Positions 62,801 to 64,000 of a DNA stretch of 64,000 nt are shown here, one piece after another (within the stretch, counting starts at the first letter, position 1; each line of letters starts with the position of its first letter). This DNA comes from Psammoneis japonica (lineage: Eukaryota): positions 372,001 to 436,000 of the forward strand of contig QPGO01000033.1 of the NCBI GenBank assembly GCA_008632985.1. Reading direction: 5' to 3'. The position numbers and the translations under genes are program-made. The notes under the pieces are model-generated. The model was not told the origin of the DNA. It worked only from the letters and a program-made list of their open reading frames with translations, and did not search any database.

Positions 62801-64000
62801 TCAGCAAATGGAGGGGATGCTGCTGGCCTTTGGGGATGAATGCACCATTTTGCACAGCTGCACTGGCTTTTTTCATGGCGCAAATGAACACAGGATTTGG
62901 AACATGGGTGCTTGACTTGTTGGACTTGGGCAACCAGGTGGCTTTAAAGAATGCTGGGGTGACTGTGTCTGTCATCACAGTGGTTGGCTGGCTTTTGACA
63001 TTTCACTGATTTCTTTTCTGGAGCAGCATTGAATTTACATCCACACTTTGTTCCAGCTTTGATGCCAGACCAATCAACATCTTTTGCCAACGTGGCAGCT
63101 TCTTTGTCATCATGGATGACTGTTGTGGCTGTTGTTGCAATGCACAAGTGTTTTGGGGTTGCACAGATGATGCGGGGCAGGAGAGATGCAGGGAGAAGCA
63201 CAAACCTGTTGAATCCATTTGTCAAGAAACTGATCAGGCACTGGCCATGTCCATGCTCACCACAGTGCAACAAGTGAGCTTGATGCTTGGCCTGCAGCCA
63301 GAAGTGAGTTTTGGAGACATTGTTCAGGATGCAGTCTACACTGAGTCAACCTTGGTTGATCAGAGCAAGCTGCTTGTCCCTGGAAAGTTTGAACTGTTCA
63401 TTGTTGTTGAACTTCTCCAAAAAAAAAACATGATTGAAAATGAGCTGCTTGTGCAGAGAAGCAGGCAAGGAATGGCGCAAGTGCCAGAACACCAGTGGGA
63501 AGCCAATGACACATTCCAGCCTTGGGTGGGAGCTTCCAGTGTGGACGTGTGACACAAATGTTTTTTGTCATCCGTCACATGTTTTGCACACACATTTCTG
63601 TGTGTTGTCACACAAAAATTGTTCCACACTGCCCATTTTGCAAAGCCCCAAACATTTCATTCGGTGCATTTGTGGGAACATCAATGCACCCAATGCACTC
63701 TTGAATGCATGAAGAGTCCATTGGGTCAAGTGAAAAATGATGTGCTTCCATCATGGACGAGTTGGTGTTTTTGCAAAATTGTCTCTTTTTCTGTTGGCGA
63801 TCATTGGCACATTCATCACCTGACAATTTTGCTGCAGAGCTCGCACACAGAATTCTGTGGGCCCAATGATGTGCCAGTTCCACCTGCATCTGGGACGTGT
63901 CCAATGGGTGACATGGGAAGGCAGAAGCAATTGTTGGAGGCATTGGCAGACACGTGTTTCAGGGGACAGGACTCCGTGTGACATTGGGCCCACAGAATTC

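Larger units (their letters stand above)
56520..63868 (-). mobile_element. Putative ~7.3 kb TIR DNA transposon (MULE-like), hypermutated
   Basis: 37-bp inverted repeats at 56520-56556 (+) and 63832-63868 (-). Minus-strand remnants suggest a SWIM finger (~62230-62320) and Ulp1-like protease segments. The N at 56747 makes the pairing of the two ends uncertain. Confidence 0.5.

Noticed and set aside
36830..64000. Dense overlapping 60-300 aa Cys/His-rich ORFs in all six frames within the depleted blocks (e.g. 52303-53208)
   Set aside because: Artefact of TpA loss: TAA/TAG stops and Tyr codons vanish and TGY/CAY codons accumulate. These are not metal-binding proteins.
8100..64000. Classical fungal RIP as the explanation for the degenerate blocks
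   Set aside because: RIP consumes CpA/TpG and generates TpA and AT-rich DNA; the opposite is seen here.
56507..64000. Direct repeats at 56507 and 63969 as LTRs of a retrotransposon
   Set aside because: No RT, RNase H or integrase motifs were recognised between them, and an inverted copy at 63832-63868 fits TIR-type ends better.

Overview
This is eukaryotic nuclear DNA, almost certainly from a diatom: short GT-AG introns, bipartite plastid-targeting presequences, a silaffin-like precursor, a class C GPCR and a STAND ATPase. Gene-dense tracts with ordinary dinucleotide content alternate with blocks (~8.1-11.1, 16.4-17.5, 36.8-42.0 and 49.1-64 kb) that are nearly free of both CpG and TpA and saturated with TpG/CpA. 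These blocks hold decayed transposons (MULE, probably pogo-like) and one decayed EamA transporter gene. Repeat copies inside the window show the direction of change directly: CpG->TpG/CpA and also TpA->TpG/CpA. This points to a region-targeted, roughly GC-neutral, two-signature hypermutation process unlike fungal RIP. Other highlights: a peroxiredoxin-5 with an in-frame TGA (selenocysteine) at the catalytic position plus a SECIS candidate; mitochondrial-type rquA; a ViaA-RavA fusion with a plastid-type presequence; a PPi-dependent PFK (these may form a hypoxia cluster at 17.7-28.3 kb); and a silaffin-like K/S-rich RXL-repeat protein. Several otherwise intact genes carry 1-bp frameshifts, some in homopolymers, which suggests assembly errors; there is an N at 56747. 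All family calls come from motif recognition, not database searches.
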